From assembly GCA_051003235.1 (NCBI GenBank), contig JBPCLN010000166.1, positions 27,635-91,634 on the forward strand: 64,000 nt of DNA, written 5' to 3'. The notes below the pieces were generated by a model. That model made no database searches and was not told where the DNA came from. It worked only from the letters and a program-made list of their open reading frames with translations. The position numbers were made by a program, and so were the translations under genes. Source of the stretch: Chloroflexota bacterium. Lineage in GTDB: Bacteria; Chloroflexota; UBA4733. Of the stretch, positions 8,841 through 19,113 are shown one piece after another (position 1 is the stretch's first letter; every line of letters starts with the position of its first letter).

Positions 8841-11800
8841 CGACGCTGTTCGGCCTTTCCCTGGACCGCATCATGGCGGTCCTACTTGGCCTCACCCTGG
8901 CCGTCGTCGCCCTCATCACCGCGCTGGCGCTGCGCCATCGCATCCTGCTGGCGTTGGCGCTCCGCAATGTGCCACGCCGGCGGGCGCAGACGCTGCTGAT
9001 CATCGGCGGCCTCATGTTGAGCACGGCCATCATCGCCAGCTCCTTCACCACCGGCGACACGATGGCCTTTTCCACGCGCTCCCTCATCGCGGCCTCGCTG
9101 GGTCGGGTGGACGAAGTCATCGTCACGCGCAGCAGTTACGACGAGACCCATCTCGGCCCTGACGGCCTCCCCGGCATCACCAACGGCTACTTTGCAGCCG
9201 CGAAGTACGATCAGGTGCGCCAGCAACTGCAGGCCATACCGAACGTGGCAGGGGTGACGCCGGCAATCAGCGAGGCCGTGTCGCTCGTCGATGCGACCAG
9301 CAAGCAGAGTAGGACCAAGGTGACGCTCCTCGCCTTGCCGGTGGACGTTAGCGCGGCCTTCGGTGTGCTGGCCGGCTTGGACGGCCGGCCGGCTCCTCTA
9401 TCCGCCCTCGCCGATGATCAGATTTACGTCAACAGGGAAGGAGCGGACGCCCTGAACGCCCACGCTGGTGACGACATCCAGCTCTTCTTCTCCGGCCAGA
9501 TGGTGCAACGACAGCTGCGGGCGGTGGTGCGCAATGGCGGCCCGGGCGGTTCCGCGCCGGCGGTGCTTGCCGCGCTACCGGCCATCCAGCACGTCCTCGG
9601 CCAGGAGGGCCGCATTAATCAGGTCTACGTGGCGAATCGCGGGGATGCCTTGAGCAGCGATCAATGGAGTGTGGCCGTAACCGCCGCCATCCGCGCTGTT
9701 CTGGTGGACGACACCAGTGCGGCCGACCTGAGCGACGCACTGCGCGCGCCGGCCCTGGCCGCCAGTATCGCCTCCGCGCCGAACATACGCACGGCCACGC
9801 GTACCAAGCTCGATCAGTTAGTGCGCCAGGCGCAGATGGCGACGCCGAACAGCCGACCCAGCACAACGCTGAAAGCGCTGCTCGGCGACCAGCACGTCGT
9901 CTACGCCCTGGCCCGGGTCGCCCTGCGCCTTGGCGACGCGCCGCTTCGTCAGCGGCTGATTCAGGACCTCGCCACGGTCTCGTCGGTGAGCGTCTCCGAC
10001 GCTAAGCACGAGGGCCTGCAAGCGGCAGACATTATCGGGGCGGCAATCACGAGCATTTTTGTGGGTCTGGGCCTATTTTCCATCGCCTCGGGGACGCTGC
10101 TGATCTTTCTAATCTTCGTCATGCTGGCCGCCGAACGTCGCACCGAGATGGGCATCGCCCGGGCGATCGGCATGCAACGTCGTCATTTGATCGAAATGTT
10201 CATGTTCGAAGGCGGCGTCTACGACCTGGCGGCCGGGATCCTGGGCGTGCTGGTCGGCCTGCTGGTGGGTGTGGGAACTGTGTTCGTGCTCAGCGCGCTG
10301 CTCTCGGGTGTCGATGTGCGCCTCCAGTTTCACGTCGAACCGCGCAGCGTCGTCGTTGCCTTTTGCTTCGGGCTGCTGCTCACCTTCCTGACCGTGGCGC
10401 TGTCCGCCTGGCGAGTCAGTCGCCTCAATATTGTGGCCGCCATTCGCGGGCTGCCGGATACGACCTTCGGTGTACGTCGGCCGCGGGCCAGGTTCGGCAG
10501 CCTTCGTCTGCGTCTGACGCGCCGACCGGCAATGGGTCAACGCGCACGCACCAGACTGGCCGCGCTGGACCTCCGTCCACTCGCGCTGACGGTGGCGGCG
10601 CTGGCGGTCTCCCGTCTCGTCCAGGGGAATGCCGCCCTGCTCCCTGTGCAGGCGCTGGCGGTCTCCCTGACGCTGATCGGCGGCGTCCTCAGCTTGCGGG
10701 TGCTGCTGGCGCTGGTCGGCGTGCGAGAAGCGCTGCGCGATCGGCTCAGCTTCAGCGCCGCCGGCCTCGCCCTGCTGGTGTACTGGGCGGCGCCCTTTAA
10801 CCTGTTGCACGGGATGCACGCCGCCGACTTGCAGGCGGGCGTGGAACTGTATTTTCTGGCTGGTCTGGCGATGGTGGCCGGCGCCGTCTGGCTGGTCATT
10901 TACAACGCCGACGCCCTGATTCTTCCGCTCTGCGCGTTGTTGGGTCGGTTCTTTCCGCTGGCCGCGGTGCTGCGCCTCGCCTCCGCCTATGCCCTCCGCC
11001 AACGGTTCCGCACCGGCATGGCGCTGGCCATGTTCGCCCTGGTGGTCTTCACGATGGTCGTTGCCGCCGTCCTCACGTCGGCCTCCAGCGGCGCCTACGG
11101 GAATTTCGGCGCCGCGAGCGGCGGCTACGATATACGCGGTACTACCCGATATGACAAGCCTATTACCAGTATCCAGCAGGCGGTGCAGCAGGCGCCCGCT
11201 GTGCGTACCGCCGACTTTACCGCCGTGGGCGTCTTGACCAGCTTTCCGGGGCAGGCCATCGCCATCGGCGGCGCCGACGCCACCTGGCACTCCGTGTCGT
11301 TGAACGCCGCCGACACCGGCTTCCTCGGCGGTGTCCACTTTTCCTTGGCGGCGCGTGCCGCGCGCTATCGCAGTGACGGCGACGTCTGGCGTGCCCTCGC
11401 CACCACGCCCGGCCTGGCGGTGATTGACGCCGCCGTTTTGGCGCCCGCCGGCAGTGGCAATCTGGCGCTCCCCGGCGTCGGACCAGGGGTCACAACGCTG
11501 CCGCCGGCGGTGGTATGGGTGCGCGCCGAACACGGCGGACGCCCGATCAAGCTCCAGGTGATCGGCGTACTCGATCCGCGGGCTTCGTTCGGCAGTGGGA
11601 TCACCGCTGCCGCCAGCACGTTCGGCGGCGCGGTGACGCTCCCTCCGGCGACGACCTTTTACTTCCGCGTCGCGCCCGGTCACGACGTGCATACGGTCGC
11701 CCAGGGTCTGGGCCTCTCGTTTTTTTCGGAGGGCATGCAGGCCCAGGTGCTCAATGACGAACTGCAGCGGAGCGACGGTATCCGGCTCCTGTTGAACCAA

Positions 11801-12190
11801 CTCGTACAGAGTTACCTGGGCCTCGGTCTGGTGGTGGGCATCGCCGCGCTTGGCGTGATCAGCACGCGCGCTGTGGTGGAGCGCCGGCAGCAGATCGGCA
11901 CCCTGCGGGCGCTGGGCTTTCAGCAGCGCACCGTGCTGGCCGGCTTCCTCCTGGAGTCGTCGTTTGTCGCGCTGGGCGGCGCGCTCATCGGCGTCGCCCT
12001 GGGTCTGATCCTGGCCCGCAGCCTGACGCGCTACATCGGCCTGGACCACCCGGAGATTATCTTCCACGTCCCGGGGCGACAACTGGCCATGGTGACCATC
12101 GTTGCCTGCGGCGCCAGTCTCCTGGCGACCTGGCTTCCGGCCCGGCGTGCCGCCAGGGTGCGCCCGGCGGAGGCGCTGCGTTACGAGTGA
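8837..12190 (+). CDS. Large FtsX/MacB-type ABC transporter permease with two FtsX domains
   Basis: The 1117-aa protein has two blocks of 3-4 TM helices, each preceded by a large extracytoplasmic region. FtsX-type motifs [13 protein letters not shown] and [13 protein letters not shown] are present. The GTG start overlaps the ATPase stop. Confidence 0.85.
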   Translation: MTTLFGLSLDRIMAVLLGLTLAVVALITALALRHRILLALALRNVPRRRAQTLLIIGGLMLSTAIIASSFTTGDTMAFSTRSLIAASLGRVDEVIVTRSSYDETHLGPDGLPGITNGYFAAAKYDQVRQQLQAIPNVAGVTPAISEAVSLVDATSKQSRTKVTLLALPVDVSAAFGVLAGLDGRPAPLSALADDQIYVNREGADALNAHAGDDIQLFFSGQMVQRQLRAVVRNGGPGGSAPAVLAALPAIQHVLGQEGRINQVYVANRGDALSSDQWSVAVTAAIRAVLVDDTSAADLSDALRAPALAASIASAPNIRTATRTKLDQLVRQAQMATPNSRPSTTLKALLGDQHVVYALARVALRLGDAPLRQRLIQDLATVSSVSVSDAKHEGLQAADIIGAAITSIFVGLGLFSIASGTLLIFLIFVMLAAERRTEMGIARAIGMQRRHLIEMFMFEGGVYDLAAGILGVLVGLLVGVGTVFVLSALLSGVDVRLQFHVEPRSVVVAFCFGLLLTFLTVALSAWRVSRLNIVAAIRGLPDTTFGVRRPRARFGSLRLRLTRRPAMGQRARTRLAALDLRPLALTVAALAVSRLVQGNAALLPVQALAVSLTLIGGVLSLRVLLALVGVREALRDRLSFSAAGLALLVYWAAPFNLLHGMHAADLQAGVELYFLAGLAMVAGAVWLVIYNADALILPLCALLGRFFPLAAVLRLASAYALRQRFRTGMALAMFALVVFTMVVAAVLTSASSGAYGNFGAASGGYDIRGTTRYDKPITSIQQAVQQAPAVRTADFTAVGVLTSFPGQAIAIGGADATWHSVSLNAADTGFLGGVHFSLAARAARYRSDGDVWRALATTPGLAVIDAAVLAPAGSGNLALPGVGPGVTTLPPAVVWVRAEHGGRPIKLQVIGVLDPRASFGSGITAAASTFGGAVTLPPATTFYFRVAPGHDVHTVAQGLGLSFFSEGMQAQVLNDELQRSDGIRLLLNQLVQSYLGLGLVVGIAALGVISTRAVVERRQQIGTLRALGFQQRTVLAGFLLESSFVALGGALIGVALGLILARSLTRYIGLDHPEIIFHVPGRQLAMVTIVACGASLLATWLPARRAARVRPAEALRYE

Positions 12191-13161
12191 CGCGCCGCTT
12201 CGGCGCCCGGACGGTCGAACCGGAAGGGGATGATCCTCGCCCCCTGGCGGAGCAAAGCCTGCGCCAACGCCTCAGTGCCTCCTTCGGCGGCGACGAAGAG
12301 CAGGCAACCGCCGCCGCCACCGCCACACGCTTTGGAGCCGATGGCGCCCGCTTCCTCACCGGTGCGGAAAAGCGCCTCCATGCGGGGTGTCACTGCGGCT
12401 TCGTGCATCGTGCGGACGGTGTCGCGGTTGAAGGTCATGTGGCGAGCCAGTTCCGGGAGGTCGCCGGACAAGAGGGCATCACGCGCTGGGATGACGCTAT
12501 CGCGTAGGGCGCGCAAGGCGGTGGCGATGACGCTGTCGCCCTGCCGGTAGCGTTCCCAGACGAGAGTATGAACGTGGTCCGAAGCCTCTTCCAGGCCGAG
12601 ATAGCAGAGTACGCAGCGCTCTTCCAGGGCGCGCAGGGTGCGCTCCGGCACGGCCAGCCGTTCCACCATGGCCGGCGCCGCCTCCAGGCTGAAGCGCAGC
12701 ACGTTGACGCCACCGAGGGCGGCAGCGTAACTGTCTTGCTTGCCGCCTTCGATACCCAGGAGTTTCTCCAGATGGTACGCCGCTTCCGCTAACTCCTCGG
12801 CGGACTGTTGCTTACCGATGATGCCGTTGGTAAGCGCTAGCCAGGTGACGTCGACGGCGGAGGAAGTGCCAAGATGGGTTCCTGGGGGCAGATCGAGGGT
12901 GTACTCCAGGTGGAAGCGGTCGGCGTTCCACTGCGCGCGGCCCTCGACATAGTGGTCGATGGCTGCGTTCAAGACGAGGCCGCCTTCTCGCTCTGCAAAG
13001 TAGGAGACATCGGTCCAGCCGCCCGCGAAATCGATTCGGGCCGGAACACGGACCCGGATTTCCCCTGGCGTCTCCACGCGTCCTACTCCCCCTATCCCCT
13101 GGGCCAAGTCGTGCCCTAGTTCGGCCGGCGATGGTAGCATGCCGAGCGTTCGGCATACCAA
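12181..13161 (-). CDS. GHMP-family sugar/small-molecule kinase
   Basis: GHMP motif 2 is PPGTHLGTSSAV and motif 3 is GSKACGGGGGGCLLF. N-terminal ARIDFAGGWTD is also present. 13161 is the longest-ORF TTG. More likely starts are GTG 13077 (GGGGGAG upstream) or ATG 13140. The 3' end overlaps the convergent permease gene by 10 nt. Confidence 0.75.
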   Translation of the reverse strand: MVCRTLGMLPSPAELGHDLAQGIGGVGRVETPGEIRVRVPARIDFAGGWTDVSYFAEREGGLVLNAAIDHYVEGRAQWNADRFHLEYTLDLPPGTHLGTSSAVDVTWLALTNGIIGKQQSAEELAEAAYHLEKLLGIEGGKQDSYAAALGGVNVLRFSLEAAPAMVERLAVPERTLRALEERCVLCYLGLEEASDHVHTLVWERYRQGDSVIATALRALRDSVIPARDALLSGDLPELARHMTFNRDTVRTMHEAAVTPRMEALFRTGEEAGAIGSKACGGGGGGCLLFVAAEGGTEALAQALLRQGARIIPFRFDRPGAEAARHS

Positions 13162-13286
13162 GGTGCTTCTCGCTATGTTCCGTCCCCCTGCGGCTGGCGG
13201 CCCGGTGGTATACTGCGGTAGTCGTTATGTATGGGTAATGGTGCTGTTCCCTGCTCGGCAGGGGGCCTCTACGGGAGAATTGATTC

Positions 13287-13562
13287 GTGCCGAACCTGCG
13301 TTCATCCTTGAAGCGCGTGCGTGTCTCCGCCAAAAAGGCGGCCCGCAATCGTCCCATTCGGACAACCACGCGCACGCTGGTCGTCCGGGCGGAGGCAGCG
13401 GTGGCCGATCAGGCCGAGAATAGTGCGGAAGCAGTGCAGCGGGCGCTCAGTCAGCTCGACCGGGCAGCCAGCAAGGGCGTGATTCACCCCAACAACGCCG
13501 CTCGGCGCAAGTCCCGGCTCATGCGCAAATTCAACGCGCAGCAGGCCGCCACCGAGGTCTAA
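13287..13562 (+). CDS. rpsT: 30S ribosomal protein S20
   Basis: N-terminus PNLRSSLKRVRVSAKKAARNR and C-terminal NNAARRKSRL are typical of bS20. GTG start follows GGGAGAA. Confidence 0.9.
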   Translation: MPNLRSSLKRVRVSAKKAARNRPIRTTTRTLVVRAEAAVADQAENSAEAVQRALSQLDRAASKGVIHPNNAARRKSRLMRKFNAQQAATEV

Positions 13563-13580
13563 CGCCGCACTCGTCCCTCC

Positions 13581-13613
13581 TGTCCCCGCTACCGGGAAAC
13601 GGTAGCGGGGACA
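13581..13613 (+). terminator. Stem-loop after rpsT
   Basis: A 13-bp perfect stem, TGTCCCCGCTACC / GGTAGCGGGGACA, has a 7-nt loop and starts 19 nt after the rpsT stop. It is followed by GCATCGTTT. Confidence 0.6.
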
Positions 13614-14029
13614 GCATCGTTTAACGCGGCGATAGCCACGGCGGTTTGGCGAGCCGGCTGCCGGCCCGTGCCCGTACGCCGGGGCCCATCGCTTGCCGTC
13701 TTGACGGCGCATCTCAACGCCCGCACGGTGAAGGCGCCGCTTGGCACCGTCCGTAGGTGAACCCCAAAATCGCACGAGGATGCCCCGAGAAGGGTCGCCA
13801 GGCCCGGCGATGCGACGTAAGGGGTGGCAAAATGCGCCTCCCGCCTCGTGTCTCGGCGTGTTTGGATGAATCATCCATCCATTCATGGCCCCACTCTCGT
13901 ATCTATAACAGGTCCCTATCCGTTACTGGCACCATTATGCCAAACAGCACAATATTCTGTGCGGCTTCGCAATGGGGGCGCTGCGGATAGGACCATTCTC
14001 ACAATTAGGCTAATCTTTCTTGCAAGGGG

Positions 14030-14058
14030 TTGCCAGTTGGGCATTGGTGCCGTAGACT
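14030..14058 (+). promoter_or_regulatory. Candidate sigma-70 promoter TTGCCA-17-TAGACT for the XRE regulator gene
   Basis: The hexamers were read directly. The -10 ends 36 nt before the GTG start at 14095, which has RBS AAAGGAG. Confidence 0.4.
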
Positions 14059-14094
14059 GCGTGGCATAGGAGTAGTAGACGAAAGGAGTTCCCA

Positions 14095-14559
14095 GTGACC
14101 GAGGATTTTGGTGGCACCCTCCGACGGTATCGCCTCCGCGCCGGGTTGTCGCAGAACGCGCTCGCCAAGGTGGTGGGAATCAACGCCAGCTACATCAACC
14201 GGCTGGAGAGTGGGGAGCGCGAAGCGCCGACCCGAGAGGTCGCCCACGCTCTGGCGCGGGCCCTCAATCTGGTGACGGAAGAGGTGGACCGGCTATTGTT
14301 TTCGGCGGGGCATGTACCGCCCAGCTTGCAAAAGCTCGGCCCGGCTGATTCCACCGTTGCTGCCGTCACCCGGCTCCTGACCAACGACCGGCTCTCCCCG
14401 GAAGCACGGGCCGACTTCCGGGCCGTCGTCGAGACGATCGCCATTCGCTGGCAGTGCAACTACGCTGTCCTCGCCGCCAACAGCGCCGGCCTGACCGCCG
14501 GCCGCAGCGGGCGGAGTGCCGGCAACGGCGCGCTGAACGCGGTCGGTGCCGCACGTTGA
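14095..14559 (+). CDS. XRE-family helix-turn-helix transcriptional regulator
   Basis: The HTH_3 signature is LRRYRLRAGLSQNALAKVVGINASYINRLESGER. Confidence 0.8.
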   Translation: MTEDFGGTLRRYRLRAGLSQNALAKVVGINASYINRLESGEREAPTREVAHALARALNLVTEEVDRLLFSAGHVPPSLQKLGPADSTVAAVTRLLTNDRLSPEARADFRAVVETIAIRWQCNYAVLAANSAGLTAGRSGRSAGNGALNAVGAAR

Positions 14560-14574
14560 ACCGGCTGTTGGCCG

Positions 14575-14618
14575 TATGGGCGCTCGGCCTGTCGTGAGCG
14601 ATGGGCCGAGCGCCCATA
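14575..14618 (+). terminator. Stem-loop after the XRE gene
   Basis: A 15-bp perfect inverted repeat, TATGGGCGCTCGGCC / GGCCGAGCGCCCATA, has a 14-nt loop and begins 16 nt after the stop. No clear U-tract follows. Confidence 0.5.
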
Positions 14619-14628
14619 TGCCTAAAGG

Positions 14629-14656
14629 TTGACACCGATGCGCCATCGGGTATCCT
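14629..14656 (+). promoter_or_regulatory. Candidate sigma-70 promoter TTGACA-16-TATCCT upstream of tatA
   Basis: A consensus -35 and a reasonable -10 were read directly. It lies about 95 nt upstream of the tatA ATG. Confidence 0.45.
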
Positions 14657-14753
14657 GAACTATTCATGGTGGCGGCTGGAGATCGGCTCTCCTCTGTGAT
14701 GCGGCCATAGTAGCGCCGATCACAACGCCGGCAAACAGACAGGGGTACCAGTC

Positions 14754-15107
14754 ATGGGCTTACAGGGTCATTTACCGGAACTCGTAATTATCCTCATCCT
14801 TGGGCTTCTTATCCTGGGACCGGGCAAGCTGCCCCAGGTCGGCGGCGCGGTTGGCAAGACAATCCGTGAATTCCGCAAAGCGTCGACCGAGGGCGAGGGC
14901 GAGGAGCCGGCCGCGGCGGACGACCAGGCCGCCAAGGTGACGACACCGGTCGCCACGATCGTCACGCCCCCCACCGTCACGACCACTGCCCCGGCACCCG
15001 CCGCTGCTCAAGCTAAGGCCCCGGTCGTGGCACCTCCGACGACGAACGTTCCCGCCGGCGCGAGTGCCGTCCCAACGCCGCCGAAGTCGGACCGGACGGA
15101 ACTCTAA
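14754..15107 (+). CDS. tatA: Twin-arginine translocase subunit TatA/E with Pro/Thr/Ala-rich tail
   Basis: TatA signature: N-terminal TM helix, then the hinge and amphipathic helix [23 protein letters not shown]. Confidence 0.9.
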   Translation: MGLQGHLPELVIILILGLLILGPGKLPQVGGAVGKTIREFRKASTEGEGEEPAAADDQAAKVTTPVATIVTPPTVTTTAPAPAAAQAKAPVVAPPTTNVPAGASAVPTPPKSDRTEL

Positions 15108-15130
15108 GGCGCATCCGTAGGCCTCCCCAT

Positions 15131-15168
15131 GGGGCTGGTGAATGGGATGCATTCACCAGCCCCTTTTT
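15131..15168 (+). terminator. Rho-independent terminator after tatA
   Basis: Stem GGGGCTGGTGAAT / ATTCACCAGCCCC has a 7-nt loop and is followed directly by TTTTT. Confidence 0.8.
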
Positions 15169-15375
15169 GCTGCTCGATCGGTAAACTGTTCCCCTACCCT
15201 GATGCTGACATCCTTGGGGCGCCGACGGTGATGCCAGGGGCCGACTAACGGCATCCCGTTTCTTGGCCTCCCTACGGCAATCCGGCCGGGACTATCAGGC
15301 GAAGTGGAGGTGGCTCCTGCTTGCCGGCGGCGACACTGGTGCGGCGCCTATATCGTTTGCGCCCGACCAGTCTAG

Positions 15376-16458
15376 GTGCACCGAAGGTTGACCGAGCAGC
15401 AAGGTAACGAATTTGGTAGGTCGGTGAGCACCACTCGCCTTCCGCGGGCGGGAAGTCGGCCGGCGTCCCAACGCCCCACCTCTCACCCGCCACGCCGGGC
15501 AACCTCCCGCCGGCAACCACGCCGTCCGGTGTTGCCGGTGCTCCTACTCGCCTTGATCGCCATCGCCCTGGCTCTGCTGGCCATCCGCCACCTCCAGCAG
15601 CAGCCCGTTCGCCTGCCGGCGGCCCCGACTGCCGGCGCCGCGACCATCGCCAGCATCGGTACGGCCCAGTCCACGACATCCGCTGTCTCGTCCACCACCA
15701 ACGACATCCTTCAACCATTGGCCGGCAAGATTGTCGCCCTCACCGCTCCGCTGCAGGGAACGTACGGCGTCTGGGTGATGGACCTCCCAACGGGAGCCAG
15801 TACCGGGCAGCACGCCCAACGACCGTTTGTGGCTGCCAGCGTCATCAAGTTCTGTATCCTGGTCGCTCTCTACGAAGAGCAGGCGAAAGGACAACTCTCG
15901 CTGAACGAGAAAATCACGACGACGGCCGCCGACATCCAAAACTATGGGACCGGCAGCATCCGCTACGATCCGGTCGGCACAAGCTACACCCTGGCCGATC
16001 TCGCCCAACGCGCCGCCAAACAGAGCGACAACACGGCCGCCTATCTGATACTGCAACGGCTCGGCTCGGCCTATGTGCAGAGCCGTACCAACGCCTGGGG
16101 GCTGGCCGACACGTCGATCACGCAGGACCGCACCAGCCCCCGTGACATCGGCACCCTCTTCGCCGCCGTCGCTCAGCGCCGGCTGCTTCCTGCGCACAGC
16201 GCCCTAGACCTGCTGGGCATCCTCACGAACACCGACTTTGAAGACCGCCTACCGGCACTGTTACCCCCCTATGTTGTGGTTTCCCACAAGATCGGCACGG
16301 AAGCCAATGGCGTCATGAACGATGCCGGCCTGGTGGTCTTGCCGACTCGTTCCTACGTCCTTGCCGTCATGACTGATGGTGCGGACCCTGATCAGGCGAT
16401 CACCGCGGAGCAGCAACTGTCGCAGGTGGCCTTTGCCTACGAGGCCGGCCTGCCCTAG
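15376..16458 (+). CDS. Membrane-anchored class A beta-lactamase-like serine hydrolase
   Basis: SxxK (ASVIK), SDN (KQSDNTAAY) and KxG (HKIGT) motifs occur in the correct order. There is an Arg/Pro-rich N-terminus and then one TM helix. The start is uncertain, with an alternative GTG near 15424. Confidence 0.75.
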   Translation: MHRRLTEQQGNEFGRSVSTTRLPRAGSRPASQRPTSHPPRRATSRRQPRRPVLPVLLLALIAIALALLAIRHLQQQPVRLPAAPTAGAATIASIGTAQSTTSAVSSTTNDILQPLAGKIVALTAPLQGTYGVWVMDLPTGASTGQHAQRPFVAASVIKFCILVALYEEQAKGQLSLNEKITTTAADIQNYGTGSIRYDPVGTSYTLADLAQRAAKQSDNTAAYLILQRLGSAYVQSRTNAWGLADTSITQDRTSPRDIGTLFAAVAQRRLLPAHSALDLLGILTNTDFEDRLPALLPPYVVVSHKIGTEANGVMNDAGLVVLPTRSYVLAVMTDGADPDQAITAEQQLSQVAFAYEAGLP

Positions 16459-16466
16459 CCCGTATC

Positions 16467-16979
16467 ATGGAAGAGTATAGGAGGGCAAGCCCGATGGCGC
16501 GCTATTCACCAGAACCGAATGACGACGAGACCGCACGGCGCGAGGCGGAGACGCGGCTGTATCAGCCGGTGCAACAAATTCCCGCCGCGGAGCCGACAGA
16601 GGTAGAACCGGTCCCGCCGACCTATACGAACGTCAACGTGATGCCTGCCGGCGCCCGCCCCGCGAATGAACGGGCAGTGGCGGCGGCGCGCTGCAACGCG
16701 GTCCTCATGTGGCTCTTCGGCCTGATCGAGGCGTTGATCGCGATCCGCTTCATTTTGAAAGCGGTGGCGGCGAACGCCGGCTCGCCGTTTGCTGCACTGA
16801 TCTACGGCATCACCGATCCACTGGTCGGCCCCTTTATTGGCGTGCTGGCAACTCCGGCCATCGGACCGGCCGTCATCGAACTGCCGGCGCTACTGGCGAT
16901 CCTGATCTACTTCCTGATCAGCCTGCTGCTTACGCGGCTTATTCGCATCCTCTTCATTGACCATTCCGTAGGGAGCTAG
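16467..16979 (+). CDS. YggT-like integral membrane protein
   Basis: Two YggT-type hydrophobic segments are present (LIEALIAIRFILKAV ... TDPLVGPFIGV). The N-terminus is acidic and soluble. The family assignment is from pattern memory only. Confidence 0.5.
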   Translation: MEEYRRASPMARYSPEPNDDETARREAETRLYQPVQQIPAAEPTEVEPVPPTYTNVNVMPAGARPANERAVAAARCNAVLMWLFGLIEALIAIRFILKAVAANAGSPFAALIYGITDPLVGPFIGVLATPAIGPAVIELPALLAILIYFLISLLLTRLIRILFIDHSVGS

Positions 16980-17051
16980 GGAGCGAGCGCCGAAACAGGC
17001 CGGAGTACCCAGGTCTGGCATACCCTGCAGCGGAGTGGGCGACCGCTTCGC

Positions 17052-18044
17052 TTAGACGCTGCCTGGTGATGCGACCTGCTCCGGCCGCCCGGAATCCGCG
17101 GCGGTGCGGGCAGCCAGAGCGATCCGCAGCGCCTGGATGCCGTCCTCCGCGCTCACCGCCGGCGGCATGCCGGTGAGCATACGGCGCGCCCAGTCCCGCA
17201 GTTCCAGCTCATAAGCCACCGCAAAGCGGTCCAAATAGTGGCCGACAAAGTCTGTCTGGCTCCCGCTCGCGGTAAGAATCTCCAGTGGTCGCAGCGCATC
17301 GCGGCCCACACGGACGGTGCCGGCGCTCCCTACCACTTCCGTGCGGATATCGTAGCCGTAACCGGCGTGGGTAAATACCTCCGCCGCGCCGACGGCGCCG
17401 CCGGTGAAGCGCAAGTGGACCAATCCAGTATCCGCTTCCCCAACCGCCGCGTCGCTGGTGGCCGTGAGGGCCGTTACCTCGCGCACTTCATCGCCCATGA
17501 GCCAGCGGGCCAGATCATAGTCATGAATCGCGGAGTCAACGAAGATGCCACCGCTACCTTGTGAGGGCCCCGGTTCCCGGTCCCGCGCCAGGGCCTTGAA
17601 GATCAAGGGCCGACCGATGCGCCCACTCGCAACGGCTTCATGGGCGGCGGCGTAGCCGGGATCGTAGCGGCGCATAAAGCCCACCTGCAAGCGTCGCCCG
17701 GCGCGCGACATTGCCTCGTCGCCCCGCTGCGCGTCGATGAGGGTCAACGCCAACGGCTTCTCACAGAGCGCGTCGCGTCCCTGCCGCGCTGCCGCGGCGA
17801 TGAGCGCCGCATGCGTGCCAGCGGCGGTGGCAATGATTGCCGCCTGGCACTCGGGCAGGGCGAGCGCCTCCTCCGCATTAGCGAACCAACGCTCACAGCC
17901 AAGGTCCTGCGCCACTGCCTGCGCCACGTCGATCCGGGAGTCGACGACGGCGACCAGATGCATTTCCGGAAACTTGCAGACATTCTCCGCGTGGCGACGG
18001 CCCATACTACCCACGCCGATGACCACCACGCCGAGCCGCTGCAT
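17052..18044 (-). CDS. Gfo/Idh/MocA-family NAD(P)-dependent oxidoreductase
   Basis: Rossmann LGVVVIGVGSMGRRH and the EKP motif (LCEKPLA) are present. ATG 18044 follows GAAAGGG. The ORF-track start at 18071 adds 9 aa. Confidence 0.85.
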   Translation of the reverse strand: MQRLGVVVIGVGSMGRRHAENVCKFPEMHLVAVVDSRIDVAQAVAQDLGCERWFANAEEALALPECQAAIIATAAGTHAALIAAAARQGRDALCEKPLALTLIDAQRGDEAMSRAGRRLQVGFMRRYDPGYAAAHEAVASGRIGRPLIFKALARDREPGPSQGSGGIFVDSAIHDYDLARWLMGDEVREVTALTATSDAAVGEADTGLVHLRFTGGAVGAAEVFTHAGYGYDIRTEVVGSAGTVRVGRDALRPLEILTASGSQTDFVGHYLDRFAVAYELELRDWARRMLTGMPPAVSAEDGIQALRIALAARTAADSGRPEQVASPGSV

Positions 18045-18181
18045 CGTTGCCCTTTCTACCGTCGTCCTCATCTGCCTGCGCAGGCCGCCCGGCGCCTACC
18101 GCCTTCTTGTGATGAATGGTAGGTCGTATGGGCCGGGTCGTCAATCGGCTCCCAGCCTCGACGGAGAACGCCCGCGCCGCC

Positions 18182-18868
18182 TTAAATAGTTCGGATAACG
18201 CTGACCACCCGCCCCTGGATGCGCAAATCGTTAGCATCGACATAGATCGGCTGCATCTCCGGATTGGAGGGCTGCAGGCGGACGCGCGAGCCTTCGCGGT
18301 AGAGGCGCTTCAGGGTCGCTTCCGCCTCCTGACCGGGACCACTGACGGTGGCGACGACGCACTCGCCATTCGCGGCGGTGTCGCTCCGTTGCACAATGAC
18401 GTAGTCGCCATCGTCGATGAGGTCGCCGATCATTGACTTACCGCGCACGCGCAGGGCAAAGAGGTCGTCGCGGGCGAAGGCGGCGGAAAGATCGAGCAAC
18501 TCGTCGTACTGCGGGCTGATCTCCAGAGGGATACCGGCGGCAATCTGCCCGAGTACCGGCAACTGCAGGTGGTGGACGATCCCGAGCGGCTGTACCGCTT
18601 CCACTTCACTCTCGCCGTGGAGGATCGCCGCGATGGGCGGCAGGTCAAGCGCCTTCGGCAACAGCCGGAGACCGCGACTCTTGCGGGCGTTGCGTTCGAG
18701 AAAGCCCTTTTTCTCCAACTGGGCCAGGTGATAGTCGACGTGCCCCGTAGAGTGCACGTCGACTTCCTGGCCGATCTCCCGGTTTGTCGGCGGCATCTCG
18801 TTATCACGAACAAAGGCGGCGATGCAGTGCAGGATGCGTTGCTGCATCTCGCTCGGGTCTTGCCGCAT
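18182..18868 (-). CDS. lexA: LexA repressor
   Basis: It has an N-terminal winged HTH, an Ala-Gly cleavage site (QIAAGIP), the catalytic Ser context VRGKSM and the Lys context TLKRL. Confidence 0.92.
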   Translation of the reverse strand: MRQDPSEMQQRILHCIAAFVRDNEMPPTNREIGQEVDVHSTGHVDYHLAQLEKKGFLERNARKSRGLRLLPKALDLPPIAAILHGESEVEAVQPLGIVHHLQLPVLGQIAAGIPLEISPQYDELLDLSAAFARDDLFALRVRGKSMIGDLIDDGDYVIVQRSDTAANGECVVATVSGPGQEAEATLKRLYREGSRVRLQPSNPEMQPIYVDANDLRIQGRVVSVIRTI

Positions 18869-18910
18869 AGGAATTCCTTTCTGAAAGCGGCCACGAGCCG
18901 ACTCTCTGCG

Positions 18911-18926
18911 TAGAACGCAAGTTCTA
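18911..18926. promoter_or_regulatory. LexA operator (SOS box) TAGAACGCAAGTTCTA
   Basis: A perfect GAAC-N4-GTTC palindrome lies 43-58 nt upstream of the lexA start. This is the Cheo-box class used by Gram-positive and Chloroflexota LexA. Confidence 0.75.
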
Positions 18927-19007
18927 TCAGCATCCTACCGAATGGCTATCCACATTGTCAACACCAGACGTCGGTAAATGGCGCGAAGAGGGAGCGATCG
19001 TGACCGC

Positions 19008-19036
19008 TTGACAGCAGTGTCACCTTGCTTTAAGCT
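19008..19036 (+). promoter_or_regulatory. Candidate sigma-70 promoter TTGACA-17-TAAGCT for the ABC importer operon
   Basis: The hexamers were read directly, about 78 nt upstream of the GTG start at 19114. Confidence 0.45.
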
Positions 19037-19113
19037 GGATGCATCATGCTTCCTCTATGTCCGGCACCCTTGAATTGTTGCGCGCCGGGGAGAATTAAGG
19101 AAAGGTTTCGACC

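Noticed and set aside
10109-12082. Long antisense ORFs from the track. Examples are 10109-12082(-), 1825-2799(-), 3147-4199(-), 26241-27188(-), 41045-42175(-), 46879-47865(-), 31744-32859(-), 37879-38775(+), 28382-29416(+) and 34374-35078(+).
   Set aside because: Each lies opposite a CDS with clear family motifs. Their translations are Arg/Gly/Pro/Ala-rich low-complexity strings typical of stop-poor antisense frames in high-GC DNA. None has a recognisable domain or RBS.
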